Part shown: positions 1 through 13,368 of the stretch, in pieces | Position numbering within the stretch: the stretch's first letter is position 1 | Layout: every line of letters begins with the position of its first letter | Assembly: GCA_973895155.1 (NCBI GenBank) | Contig: OZ316899.1 | Location: forward strand, 10,042,287 to 10,106,286 | Direction of reading: 5' to 3' | Length of the DNA: 64,000 nt | Origin: Marsupella aquatica | Lineage: Eukaryota > Plantae > Marchantiophyta | Notes under the pieces: model-generated | What the model was told of the DNA's origin: nothing | Database searches by the model: none | What the model saw: only the letters and a program-made list of their open reading frames with translations | Program-made: the position numbers and the translations under genes

Positions 1-1291
1 TAGCCCTTCATTCAGGTCCACCTCACCTCCTGACTTGGCTGTCCTATCCCTCCAAATCAGGGACTAAGTCAGCCTCCAAAGTACAGTCATCCCTATCTAC
101 CAAATAGCTCTAAAAATAGTAGAGGGATCAACTTCCAATGGCCCTCCAAGTTCCTCCAAAGTCTCCATGTAACTCAGGTCCTTAGGTACCCTCCATGTTG
201 GCTTTAAGGACTCCACTCCTTACCCTCCTTATTCCTGGACTCCAGAACCAGCCTAGGTCCCCTTGACATGAAAGAGCCCTTCTCCAGGCCTCACCCATCC
301 GATTAGGGCCTTGCGAATGACCCAAGCATGGTACCTCCTTACCGTACTGGTTAGTGGCTTGGTAATCTGGTTGTCCTCTCTGAAATGCTTGAGGTACACC
401 TTGGTGAAAGCCCTCAGATTTGAACTTCTGCCCCTCTTGTCCACCTTTGAGCAAGCTAGGTATTGGGCCAGCCAAATGTCGGGTCGGCATTTGCTCTCCC
501 ATGCTTACTCCACAAGGTGAACTTAGCCTTGTGGACCAGGGGAGGAAAATGCTGATCAGGCAGCCCTCTTGGATCAGGAACTCTGGGATCAGCCATGCAC
601 TTTGATTGTAGTCCCACTTGACCTCCTTTTAGAGCCTTACCACGATCGAAACCTCTCAAGTAGCTGGCAATATCAAACTGTTATACAACCTGACTTCCAA
701 GAGAATCTTAGTGAACTCCCAATCCTCCTAGCTTGTGCTAGCCTCTAGCCACCATCGATAGCTTTCCAATGTGTTTAAAAGTACTCCAATTGAGTCTAAA
801 CTAAGTGAGTTATTCAGGTTTCAGCAGAACCCATCGATATCGTCACTTTAAACTAGGGTCAGCCTTATCTCAAGGCTCAATTACTGGTGTAAACTCGGTT
901 TGATTGACCCTGCATGTGTAAACTCAGGTGTACAAAGCCAAACAGTAACCCCGTGAGACTACAAACGTAAAGGCCCAGTACTCCTGTGAAATATAAGCCC
1001 TGTGAAATATAAGCCCTGGTCTTGACAGTAAGTGCATGGGTGAACGGAGAGAAAGAACTCATGGAAATAGGAGAATGAATGCTTCCAATCTATGGCAGAG
1101 TCGACTGCCTGATTCAGTTTGGAGCAAGGAGAGAACTAAGCTAGAACTTAGAGAACTGAACTTGTTTGAAGGGATCGTGGGTTATTTGAAGGAAGTCTGG
1201 CCAGTGCTTCCGTTCAGACCAGCCCTTTCATTCTCACAAAAATATCTCCCTTCCATGTGTTCTTCTCTCGACTGTCGGTTGACCTTGGTAG

Positions 1292-1441
1292 CATTCAATT
1301 GCTGAAGTCCAAAGAGCAGCCATTCTAATTTCAGAATATATCTATGGACTTGATCCTACATTCAATTGCTGAAGCCCAAAGAGCAGCCATTCTAATTTCA
1401 GAATATATCTATGGACTTGATCCTGCATTCAATTCCTGAAG
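1292..1441. repeat. Tandem duplication, 67-bp unit (2 copies plus a partial)
   Basis: cattcaattgctgaag...ggacttgatcct repeated at 1292, 1359 and partially at 1426. Confidence 0.9.
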
Positions 1442-2239
1442 TTAAGGGCCACAGCTCAGATTTCTTGTCAATCGCCCTAGCTGAGGAAATGGTCTTCTAG
1501 CTGTCCACTGTGCCACCTCAAAGTTCCCCTATAGAAGGTGTAAGTTGATTTCGCCTGAAGAGCCCCCTTGTTAGCGGTCGATGACTTCTCCTTTCTGTAA
1601 AATATTCTCTCTGATTCAGAAATTTCAATCTTCTCTATTAATTTCTCTTCCAGCCTTTGCTTTCCCTTCGATCTCCTCCTTTAATTCGTGCTCCAGGATT
1701 TCCTCTTCTAGTTCAGGTCTTCTGATTCTCCTTGAGCCCAGCATTCCAGCCCAGTTCTTCTTACTTGATTTGGTGGAGTATTGGCTCTCCATTCAGCTGC
1801 AGCGTTGAGCTCCATTCTCCCTTCAATTTCACTTTGATTTTTGCTCTATTGAATTCTGGGCTCGACACCTGGCCTTAGCTAGCTCTTTTACATTGTAACC
1901 CTGCCCTTTACAGATGTAAATGAGTCCACCACGTTTCTCTACGCAGCTGAATTACCCCTTTGTATGCACAAAGAACATTCCTCCCTTTAAGTTTCCCTTT
2001 AAGTGCTACTTATGGCATTTAACATTAGCCATCTTCGCCTATAGCTCAAAACTCACTCATAAGAAAAAAAAACTATTATGAACATACTCCTGGCTTTCCT
2101 AGCCCTAGGGCTTCCTAAAACAATTCTTAGAATTGATATATAACTAAACTTGGCTTTTCTATAATTGTTCAAAGTCTGCAATCCGTCATAATTCATAGCT
2201 ACTTTTACAGAATTCGGACCACTCCCAAAAAGTATCTAT

Positions 2240-2379
2240 TGTTGTGAGACAAGGTTTTTCATCATAGTAATAGATTCTTCACTCCATTAAGGTATGGCTT
2301 TATATAGCCATTGGGTTACATCATGTAAGGTTAAAGGTAACCTTATTCTAGGGTTAAGGGTAAACTATGGTTTACAACA
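2240..2379 (-). repeat. 3' LTR of copia element 1
   Basis: Direct repeat of 8046-8185; adjoins PPT CCAAGGGGGAG (minus strand). Confidence 0.95.
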
Positions 2380-3006
2380 CTCCCCCTTGGTTAGTTTATG
2401 GGTGTATAAAGTAACCACATTTTATTTTATTTTTTTAACCCTAGATTATTTCATTGGTATTCCCATTGATGTAGCCTGATTAAAACCTTGCTGCTTTCTT
2501 CTCAAGGAAAGAGTACTACCATCATTACATATTGGGATCCAATGGTTCCGTTTTGGATATCCTAGTTTTGTTTTGACTAATATGTTTCCTATGACTATGG
2601 TTATACTGTGTCTATACTATACGACTGAGTTGGGTCTTTCGCTTTCTCCAAGATGAGTTCTTGAGGTTCGTAAGGTCTTTAGCGTAAGTCGTCGGGGTGG
2701 GAGCTTGGCGTATGAGTGGTGTATTGTTAGGATGTCCGATCAAGTCGTCAGGTGCAGCTCGATTCGTTGTGTTGTTCCGTGTCTTTGAACATCCGTCTCT
2801 CAGGTGAGTCGCCTACGCACCTTATTGTGGCCTTTTGTGGTGGTGGCTTGTTAAGTGTTGGCGATCTGCATCACAGTAACGGTGATGGACGAAGAAGGAA
2901 AGAAGATGAAGTGAAATGTATGAACGGAGTTGCGAACCTCTAGTATGGGCTGTTTATGTCGGGTCCGTTCGTCATTAGTTGGATTTTGCGTGCTGGCATT
3001 TGCAGT

Positions 3007-6000
3007 TTATGTACTTTTTGTTAAGGATTGTATGTCCTGGCTTTCTTGGAGTAATATGGATAGCTTTTTCATACCTATTCCAGCGACGTGGTCTCTATGA
3101 GTTCCAGCAGGTAGAGGTTTTGTGAATATATCTGCCCTGTTATCCTGTGATCGAATCCATTCTACTTGTATGTTCTTGCCTTGTTGTTCTTGCGTAAAGA
3201 AGAACTTGGGATCAATATGCTTGGTTCTTTCAGTTTTCATAATGCCGTTGACAATTTGGTCTATGCAGGCTTTGTTATCCTTGTAGATTATTGTGGGTTT
3301 GGTTATCTTCGACTTTCCCGTGCTGGTCCTGATGTGGTTAATGATACTTCGTAACCATAGGGCTTCTCTGCATGCCTCGTATAATGCTATGACTTCAGAA
3401 TGATTTGATGATGTGGTTGTCATTGTTTGCTTTGTGCTACGCCAGGATATTGCAGTCGTGCCTTGCAGGAAGACATAGCCTGTTTGAGATTTTGAGTCTT
3501 GGGGGTCAGTTAAGTATCCAGCGTCTGTGTATCCAATGAGGTTGTCGGGGCTGTCTTTCAGGAAGAAAAGGCCCAGGTCGGGGGTGCCTTGGAGGTACCT
3601 AAATATCCTTTTGATGCCATTCCAGTGGCAGATTGTCGGTTGTGCGCTGTGTCTTGCAAGGAGACTAACTGAGAATGAGATATCAGGCCGTGTGTGATTC
3701 GCTAGGTACATTAGCGCTCCCACAGCAGATAGATAGGGTTTTTCCGAGCCTAATATAGGTTCGTGATCTTGTCTGCGTCTGAACATATCTTTTGCTGGTT
3801 CAAGGGACCGGAGTTCCATTGGTGTGGAGACCGGGTGTGATAGGTGCATGTTAAACTGTTTGATAATCTTTTGTGTGTATGTTGATTGGTAGATAAAGGT
3901 GCCATTCTGGAGGTGCTTGAATTGTAATCCTAAGCAATATGTTGGTTCGCCCAGGTCTTTCATTTTGAACACTCCTTTCAGAGTTCTGATAGTCTCTTTG
4001 ATAATTGTGGGTGTCCCAAACAGGTTCACATCGTCGACGTACAGTGCTAATATAATGAATTCGTCGTTCCTTTGTTTGATAAAGAGACATGGGGCAATAT
4101 TGTTGTTGGTGAATCCAAGGTTGATCATCTCTGTTTTAAACTTCTTGTACCATATTTGTCCGCTCTGTTTAAGGCCATTTATGGAGCGTAATCTTTTACG
4201 GCTAATGTCGGTTTGTCAGATCTTGTATTTCCAGGGGTTTTCTTATGCTTGTCTTGTGTATGTCCACTGTGCATAAGGAGCATTTTAACCGTTTCATCAG
4301 GTATGATCTGTCGTATACCCGACTTGATATATGGGCTCAGGTTCTGGGACGTCTCCCCCTGAGTATAGTGTTTCACTCTCTGGATCAATTTGTGAGGTGC
4401 TTTCATGTAAATGTCTGTGTCCAGAGTGCCATAAAGGTACGCAGTTACCACGTCCATTAAATTGTTGATAAGTTTATGTTGTATGGAGAAAGTAATAAGG
4501 TATCTGTATGTGATCGCGTCCATGATGGGTGAATATGTGAGGTTGTAATCCCTGCCTGGTATTTGTGTATACCTTTTGGCTACTAGTCTTGCCTTGTATC
4601 TTATTACTTCTCCTTTCGCATTCCGTTTTCTAATGAATGTGAATCGGGATTCTATGTAGTTGTTACCTGGTGGTGCCGGTGTAAGTGGTCCGAAGACCTG
4701 TCTTTTGATAAGGGCGTCCATCTCCGTGTTGATGGCCTCTTGCCATTTTTGCCAATCTGTTCTTTGTTGAGCTTCTTTCATAGTAAGTGGGTCTGGTGTA
4801 TCACTTCCTATTTCTTGTGCTATATGATATACAAACTTTTTGTTTATTTCTGTGGTCTGTCGTTGGTATATCTGGCCAGTGTTTTGATATTTGATCGAGA
4901 TTTCTTCATTATCGTGGCTTTGGGAGTTTGTTGGTGCTGAGTGTACGATACTTAATGTTGTGACAGAATTCGTAGCCGGGGTTCTTTTCTGTCGTGGATG
5001 GTTGTCTTTTTCTCCTGGGGGTCTTCCCCGTTTTGCTCTCGGTGCTGTTTTGGAAGCGAGGGTCTTGGAGGTCTGCACTCGTGCAAGTACATTGGCTGCT
5101 TCTACATGTGACCTGGTCACGTTCGCTGCATCATTGAATGAGTCTGGAATTTTCTCTAGCATCTCATTGAGGTGGATGATTCGTCTGACTTCTTCATCTG
5201 CTCTTTTGGTTCTTGGGTCTTGGTGGATGAGGTTTAGATTATTCCAATTGAGGTTCTGTTGGATCTGGTTGTATAATGTTGTGTCTGTTGATAGTGTTGG
5301 GAATTTGTCTTCGTAGAAGTGGCAGTCTTGGTGTCGAGCTTTGAATAGATTTGATGTGGTAGGTTCGAGGTATCGGATAATGGATGTGGAATCAAATCCT
5401 ACATATATGTCGGGGTGTCGTTGGGGGCCAATTTTTGTCCTTTTAGGTCCTAAGGTTGGGACCATAACTTTGCATCCGAATATTTGTAAGTGTGATAAAT
5501 CCGGTGGCGTTCCTAATGCCAAATGATATGGGGTCTTTGAGTTATATGCAGACGGTCTATATTTGAGTAGTGTTGATGCATGTAGGATAGCATGTCCCCA
5601 GGCGGATAGTGGTAAGTTCGAGTGCATTAACATTGGTCTTGCAACCATCTGTAGTCGTTTAATAACCGATTCGGCTATGCCGTTTTGGAAGTGTACATGT
5701 GGGACTGAGTACTGGGTATCGATTCCAACTGCCCAGCAGAAGTCGTCAAAGGCTTTCGAAGTGAATTCTCCTGCTCCATCGACTCTTAGTATACGTGTGG
5801 GGTGCTCAGGGAACTGAGCTCTTAATTTTAAAATGTGGGCCAATATTCTTGCAAAGACCAAGTTGCGTGTTGAGAGTAGGGAGGTCTGTGACCATTTAGT
5901 TGAGGAGTCAATGAGTACTAGGAAGTACTTGAATGGGCCACTAGGAGGGTCAATAGGGCCGCAGATATCCGCATTGAGTTGTTCTAAGAAGTTGGGGATT

Positions 6001-7618
6001 TTATATTCGGTTTTCGGGATTGATGGGTGTGTTATCATTTTGCCTTGCGAGCAGGCCATACATTGTGTCTTCCTGGCATTGGGTTTGGCCATCTTGGGGA
6101 TTCCTGTGGAGTCTCTGATAATTCTATTGTACATGTTAGTTCCAGGGTGACCGAGTCTGCAATGCCAGGTATGTGTTATGTCGGATGTGTTTTGTTCGAT
6201 GTGGTATGCTTGGATAGGAGCTGCATATAGGCCAGGTGGTATTAAGGGTAATATCTCCAAAATTTGTGGTATGCCTTCCTTGTCTTGGAGTATTTGTAGG
6301 GTTTCGGTTTCACCTTGTTTTTCTATTCTCAATTGATATTGATGAGCGCGTATGTCTTGGAAGCTGATCAGGTTTCGTGTAGCTGTCGGGGCATATATTG
6401 CAGCTGCTATATCTATTTTGGTTCCTCTTGGGAGTAGAATTGTTGCTTTGCCTTTGCCTTCTTCAATTTGGTTGGGTCCGGCGATTGTAGTCAGTGTTCT
6501 CGAGGATGGGGTGATATATTCGAAGTATTTATTATGTTTCAGTATCGTATGTGAGGTTCCGCTATCGATGATGCCTATATTGGGGTCATTAAATGGTGGG
6601 TGCTGCAGGTTTGGTGTGGCTGTATGTGTTTCTATTTGAACTTCGGTTTCTTTGTATGCTGCGATGTCCTCTTCGATTTCCATGTAGTTGCCTTGTGGAG
6701 TGTGTCTCGTTTGGTTTCTTTCATTAGTATATCGTTGTGCCTCCTGGTCTGATGCTTTGCAGTCTTTCCTAATGTGGCCTATCTTGCCGCATCTATAGCA
6801 TAGTTTTTGATGGTTGCTTGTGGTCTTGTTTTGGAGGTTTCGCCATCTGCCCCTGCCTGAGTTCGGTTCGCATTTCCATGTGTTGCGAGGTGGTAGGAAT
6901 GTACGACTGCTCGATGGGTGGTATCATCCTTGTCCCCTGAATTTTCCTCTTCCTCCCCTATATGTTGTTTGGCCTCCATTGTTTCCTCGTTTGTCGTCGT
7001 TATAGCTGCCGTAATTTGCTTCTGGCTGATGGGGTGGTGGATCAGATCCTGCTGGTTTTTTTCTTGCATTATGAAGTGCTATGATTTGTTGTTTCTCTTC
7101 CACTAATAAGTGGGCTATAAGGTCCGAATAAGTCATAAAATTCATATTTCAGTATTGGGTTCCCAGTGCTATGTTGGCTTCTGGGAATGTTGACAATGTT
7201 TTGTCAATTCGGTCGTTATCGTTTACTAGGTGGCCACACATTTCAAGTTGAGATGTAATTCTAAATAATGCGCTGTTATAGTTTGCGATTGATGTGTGGT
7301 CCATGACTCGCAAGTTATGCCAGTCCCTTCGTGCTTCGGGGAGCCATATTTCTCTCAAATGATCAAATCTTGATTTGAGTTGGTCCCATAGCTTTCGTGG
7401 GTTTACCTCATTCATATATTCATTAGTTGTGGTGATAGGTGTTGTCTCAACAGGAATGCAGCTTTAGCTTTCTATTTCAGAGTTAGATTTGCATCTGTAT
7501 ATAGTGTGTCGTCCAACTCTTGGGATGCAAAATATGTTTCAACATCTGTTATCCATGTCAAATAATTTGAACCATCAACTTTTAGTGTCGGCCAGAGCAT
7601 TTTCTCGACTGTATTCAT
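3007..7618 (-). pseudogene. gag-pol: Copia gag-pol polyprotein with stops and frameshifts
   Basis: gag (LKSRFDHLR), PR (IIDSGTSHT), GAG-pre-integrase (WHCRLGHP), IN (DICGP..., VDGAGEF, NGIAE), RT (YKARLVAK, LYVDD), RH (YTDAGYL, DIFTKPL), split over ORFs 7149-7415, 6924-7145, 4179-6683, 3007-4128. Confidence 0.93.
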
Positions 7619-8031
7619 CGTTGATTATATATTGGAGGTCGACTTGATGTCTTCTATAATTGTAATATTTTGCACATTGTTGGTTGCGGATCGGAATTTG
7701 ATTTAATTTTGTCTCTGTCTTGTCTCAATCGTGTTTGATCTTGGCATTCACTTTGGATTTCTATTGGGTCTTTGATGTGCAAAAGAAAGGGATAAAAGAA
7801 ATGGAGACTATGCGTCTAAGAGATTGACTACTATGAGTAGGTAAAAAACATTTCTGGAATCTACTCGGTGGGTCAAGATTGGGTGGAATTTTTGGAAGGT
7901 GATCGGGGGCTATGGCGAGTAAAAAAAACGGTTGGGGCAGTTATTTTTGAAAAAAGTGAACCATGAAATGATATTGTCCTCGTTGAAACATCGAGGCATG
8001 TATTCTATATTTTTTGGTGTGTAGAGCATAC

Positions 8032-8045
8032 TCGTGCTGATAACG
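8032..8045 (-). other. Primer-binding site CGTTATCAGCACGA (half-tRNA-Ile type)
   Basis: Directly internal to the 5' LTR; identical 14-mer at 28594-28607 in element 2; complementary to the anticodon arm of tRNA-Ile(AAU) as recalled. Confidence 0.8.
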
Positions 8046-8185
8046 TGTTGTGAGACAAGGTTTTTCATCATAGTAATAGATTCTTCACTCCATTAAGGTA
8101 TGGCTTTATATAGCCACTGGGTTACATCATGTAAGGTTAAAGGTAACCTTATTCTAGGGTTAAGGGTAAACTATGGTTTACAACA
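8046..8185 (-). repeat. 5' LTR of copia element 1
   Basis: Direct repeat of 2240-2379; followed by TSD TCTAT. Confidence 0.95.
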
Positions 8186-11100
8186 TCTATAAGTCCAAAA
8201 CTAGGTTTAGTAATTGATAGTGTTAGGTATAGTAACACCATGGCTAGCCTTCAAAATACATTTTTTGCTCTATGGCTATTTTCCCTAGGTCTTGCAAGTT
8301 GGCTATTTTAAGATTTGTTCCACTGTAAATAGCTTCTAATTGAACAGTCGAAATGACTTGCACTTTTACAAGGGTTCTCCAGGGCCTGCCTAGAACCTTC
8401 AGAAAAAATCCCAGCCTAAATTACAAACTCTAAGGATCTGATTACCTATCTAATCCACTAATCCACTATTAAGTTAACCGTGGTTTAAACTAATGAAACT
8501 TTCTTACTCTGCTTTACTGAAGAGAGTTTGCTTCAGTTTCACTTCTACTTCCCACTCATTTACAGGCATAATATGCTTACTTAGAACAAAAAAGAAAAAA
8601 TCTAACCTAAAACTAATTTAACCCACTAATTGAGCGGCTCACATACGTATTCTGCCCGTTAGAAAAGACAAATGCACTTAGAGCTGTTCAACGTCACCAA
8701 ATTGTCTAAATGGCCATTTCATTCTGTCGACCAAGTAGGTAACGGACTTCGCCCAACGTCAGAACTGGTTGACTAGATAGTGTCAAATTGTGAAGACTCA
8801 ACTTCAACACAGTCCTGAATACCCAATATAGATGTTTGCAAGGCATGTAAGGTTTTCTATAAATGTGCCGAAGGTAGAAATCCTCACATGAACATCAAGG
8901 GAAACAGCAAATCTACACCCAATAAGAGGCAGCAATCCTCTCATGTTCATGTATTCTGATACAATATTGCTTTCCCCACACATTCCCACTCGTGACATCT
9001 CTCTTGCATACGAGTCTCATTACTTATGTTTCAGATGCTTCAATCTTCTTGTAATGTGTTTGAGTTAGATTCACTCTCTGCAAGCACTTCCTTCCATTCC
9101 TCGAGGGACATCTGAAAATTGGGTCCGCTAAATTGATCCTCTCTTGGAACAAATTCACATCGATGCGTAACTCAGACGGGGATGGTTCCTAACCTTCCCC
9201 TATCTCTCTTGTCCCAATTAGTCCTTGTTCTCTCAAGAATTGGGTCTCGCCCTTCTAAAGTTTGGTCCCTCTTGCAATGGGAAGAACGGGTGGTATATTG
9301 GGAATGTTTGAAACACCTCTTTTTGGTTGACTTTTGTGACATTTGTTGTTTGGGCAAAACCATATCTAGTCTGGATGAGGTTCTCCCATAAAAAGTCTAC
9401 ATCCTCTTACAGATATTGCGACAACTCCTTCTGGATTTGGAAACCCAATCTTCCTTACTCGATTTTGACATTCATGGTGGCTCCCTCTCCAACCAAGCGT
9501 TCCATTGCATGCAGGACCAGCACCACATTTTGAAGTTTGTTGGAGCTCCCACAAACCTGGAGCTATGTCACTTTCCATCGGGAGAAGAGATTCCTCAGGC
9601 ACGGTCTCAACTTGATGTATGACTGGAGGAACAAAAGATCTTGTCGTTTGACGTGAGGGTGTTTCAAGGACAACGACCTCCTCAAAATCTTCACTCTCAA
9701 TTTGAGACAAATTAACGACGCCACTTCCACCGGCAGCAGGGGTGGAAGACATCTTCTCAAAGTCTGTGGAATGGAGGTTTCTCCTCTTCAAACCTCTTGT
9801 ATTTGGTGAAGTCACAAGGATAGTATCATGCCTGTGAGAGTCTTGTGCTGAGACATTCCCACTTGCATTACCTTTTTGTTTCACCGATCGAGTTATGACG
9901 TCTCCATATATTCAATGGAACAGTTCTTTCCAAATCAAACTCAGCTACGTTGGAAAGAAGAAGATTGGTCGCTTCTTCAAATAGACATGGAGACCCTGTC
10001 ATGTCCATAGATCTGAAAGCCAGCTCAAAGATAGTGGGTCCAGTTCCCCTATGTAATCCACGGCCGTGTGCAGTACATAAGCTGCAATCTGAAATACGAC
10101 TCTATTTTGGTCAGTTTTGCATCCCTTCATGAGGCCAACCCGCTTCTTCATTTGCCATGCCTTCATGCCTGCATGCACTGATTCCAAACCAGTACAATTC
10201 GGAATCATACCTGCCTCCTCAGCACTCTTGCTCTGTTAGAGGAAACAAATAAATATATTTAGTGTATGAGACTAGTACGCACACTATAGTAATTCACGAT
10301 AAGTATTGGTTGTATTTACTCTATCTGGACTATGAATATTAGTAATGCTTGGCGCTATTAAATGTGTTGCATTAATGTCATGTCAATAGTTGCAAAATCC
10401 GACTTGTTTAAAGTAGTGCTTGGCGCTACTATACCGGACAAAGGAATTGGACTTCAAAGACACATTTTCCAGAGTAGCGTTGGGCGCTATCACAAAACAT
10501 TTATTCTCTTTGATTTCTAACAGACTATCGTGCATCTATGAAAAGACTTACCAGTCTTATGAAGTTCCTCCATTGTCTCCAACGGACTACCCACCATCAT
10601 GAGAGCCATCCTTGTAGCATTTGAAGATTCCCCTAATGGCAATTTCTAGCTTGCCACAAGTCGTCGATCTCTCTTGACAGACGATATGCTTCCAGAAATG
10701 TTTTTGCATTCCGAAGACCGTCTCACATCTTCTTGTGTTCTTCGAGTTTCCCTTCTTGAACACCTTCTCGTGAATGTCAATGAAATGACTGATAAAAATG
10801 AAATGCATTTGATTGCTCTTGGTTAGGATCAAGTACCCCATTGAAGAAACATTTTGCACGACATTCCAACCTGCTTGGGCATTGTCCGCCGTGAATCCTC
10901 AAATTTGAATGTTCTCTAGACCATTTTCACTCGCAACTTCTATCATCAATTGCCAAGCTCTCTCTAAGGACTTGGTGTCTTCAGCTTTCAACTCACAAGT
11001 GAAAATTGTACAAAGTGCTTGATAGTGATGATCATATACATGAACACTAAAGGTTAGCCAGTCTGCTGTAATTCTGTGCATGACGTCAAAACTCACCCAT

Positions 11101-13368
11101 GACCCCTCTAATGAACCGCCAGGTTGCATTTTCTGGAGAAGGTTGATCCCAGATCCTTTGCCTTTCACAGTCACCTTGAAGATGTGGGCACTTTTGTCTC
11201 GACATCCTTGGCCTAGAAGCAAGTACCTGTGAAGAAATGGAAGTCTCACACACTTTTGCATCCGAACCAAATATTTGAGCTCACCTTTACCTTTCTGGTC
11301 TTGCCTCACACTTCGTAGAACAGAGGCAAACTTTTGTGGGGTAGCTACAACCATGAGGGACTCCCATATCTCTTTCTCCTTTTCCAAAGACATTTCCTCA
11401 ATGGAATCCTCACAGAGGGCATTAGTTAAAGAGTCAGTAGCCGCATTTTTATCCCTGCTGGCATGGCTTGTGGATTTGCCTGGAACTCCTTTGCAAGGTG
11501 AGTCTTCGCAACCTTTTCAGCCTCTCTAGACCACACCCGACGACTAGGATGGTTGTGAAATCCCATGTGCACAGCCAGCCGGGACATGTACGCCAAATGT
11601 GTTGAATCCACTTTGGCTGAAGGATACATATAGAACATCATGGCCGAACATGACCTAGTACACATCGGAGGTTCAAAGCAGTGGTGACACAATACCACCT
11701 TGCGGGATCAGTTCTCCAACTCCAAATGGTCCTGAGAGTTTAGGTGTTCTTGCCCAAACCTGGTTGTTCCTAGTCTTTCTGTCTCTCCAAAACTAACAAG
11801 AGTTGTTCCGACATTCAAGAGAACCGGTACACTGAACCTTTCCAAAATCCCACATCTTCTTTGGTAAAACATTCAAAGATGTTTGGACAATGCATGTCCA
11901 GTAACAACAATCCTTCCCACGGTCCATGTCCTTCAGCTGTTCCCCTTTTGAATTCACGCAATCGACTGGAGGCAACTCAAACACAACATTCCCATTGTAT
12001 GTCATCGGGAGACTCGGAACTATCTCATGCGTGAAATCCTTCTCCCTAATGAACCGAGATAACTCGCTACGCCCCTTTGATTTTAGGATGGTATCCATAG
12101 CACTTTGCCAATATACAACTGGAACTTTGCGAACCTCCATCTTCACGACCAAAGGATCCACTGGGACCCTTTTTGGGACATCAAATGGAAGGGGTGAATT
12201 TCTTCCCTCGCCTTCCAAAGTGTCCAAGATATTGACAATGACACCACCGAAAACAGGCCATGGATCCACCGATGCTTCAGTATCTTCCAAAACAAAGACC
12301 TCGTATACTTTATTTGGTGACATTGTCCAAAATCTAAGACCATCAACAACATCGTAGAAGATGGTACTTCCTTTTGAATTCTTCGGGAAAAGGGACACTT
12401 AGAGAATAGACTCTTTTGCAACATCAAATTGTATCCCCAAGTATTCATCCAAAACTCTTCTTGATTGAGATTCTAGGGAAACAATAATTGTGATGACATC
12501 CCGCGTGTCTTTGCGTGTAACTACAATTGCTGACCCATTTCACCAAAAGAGAATAATGGATGCCTAACTTTGCCAATCGGTTTAAGACTAGTTTGATATA
12601 CAAGGTTAATAACAACATTATAACGGATGTGTTTGCGGAGGATGAACTGAGAGAACTGAGAACTGAGAGAACTGGCGGAGCCTTCTTGTTTTCTTTTTTT
12701 TGTGTTTCTTTTTTTAGTGTGGATTCTGCGGCCTGTCTTGGCCTGTCCTTCGTGCCGTTGATGTGCTGATGATTGCTACGTCCTTTTGGATGCGATTAAC
12801 TACGAGTGTTGAATTGATCGGCTTGTTTCCCTACATCTAAATGATGTTTCTTGTCTGCGTTAAGTGTTTTAGGGCTAAGCAGCTTGCACTTGTCTCGTTG
12901 GAATCCGGGTGCTAAACTTTTTAGACTGTGTGTTAATCGACAATTTGGGTGGGACTCCCTTGGGGCTGCAGTGACGTTATGGGCTCTACTGCCCTGGTTG
13001 TTTACCCCCTGGAGGATTGAAGCTTTTCTCCGGCAATTTGCATGCATTATCTTGTTTTGGAGATCTGGGAACTACGCTTTGGATTCGGGACCCCCACGCT
13101 GCTACCGGTTGCTAATCTCATCCCGGGATTGTTCCTGCTACCCTGAGACGACTGTTACTCCACGTTGTGTTTCTTCTGGATCGGGTGTCGGTTGTGACCA
13201 CCTTTCCAGTTGTGTTCCCTTAGGCGGTGAGTGACTCTCCGCCCTTTGTGGGTCACTGAATTTGATACTCTTTTCCTTTCCGTCTTTACTTACGCTTCGC
13301 AAACCCTTTATGGAGGACTTTATCTCTCCCCTGTGTACATCTGGGATGAATTCTAATCGTCGGGGATT

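Larger units (their letters stand above)
2240..8185 (-). mobile_element. Ty1/copia LTR retrotransposon, Bianca-like (element 1), full length, coding region decayed
   Basis: 140-bp LTRs TGTTG...CAACA at 2240-2379 and 8046-8185 (1 mismatch seen); 5-bp TSD TCTAT at 2235-2239 and 8186-8190; PBS 8032-8045; PPT 2380-2390; gag-PR-IN-RT-RH order on the minus strand. Confidence 0.96.

Noticed and set aside
4891-6639. Many short plus-strand ORFs opposite copia pol (and similar antisense ORFs across the gypsy and LINE)
   Set aside because: Shadow ORFs of real coding strands with no motifs.
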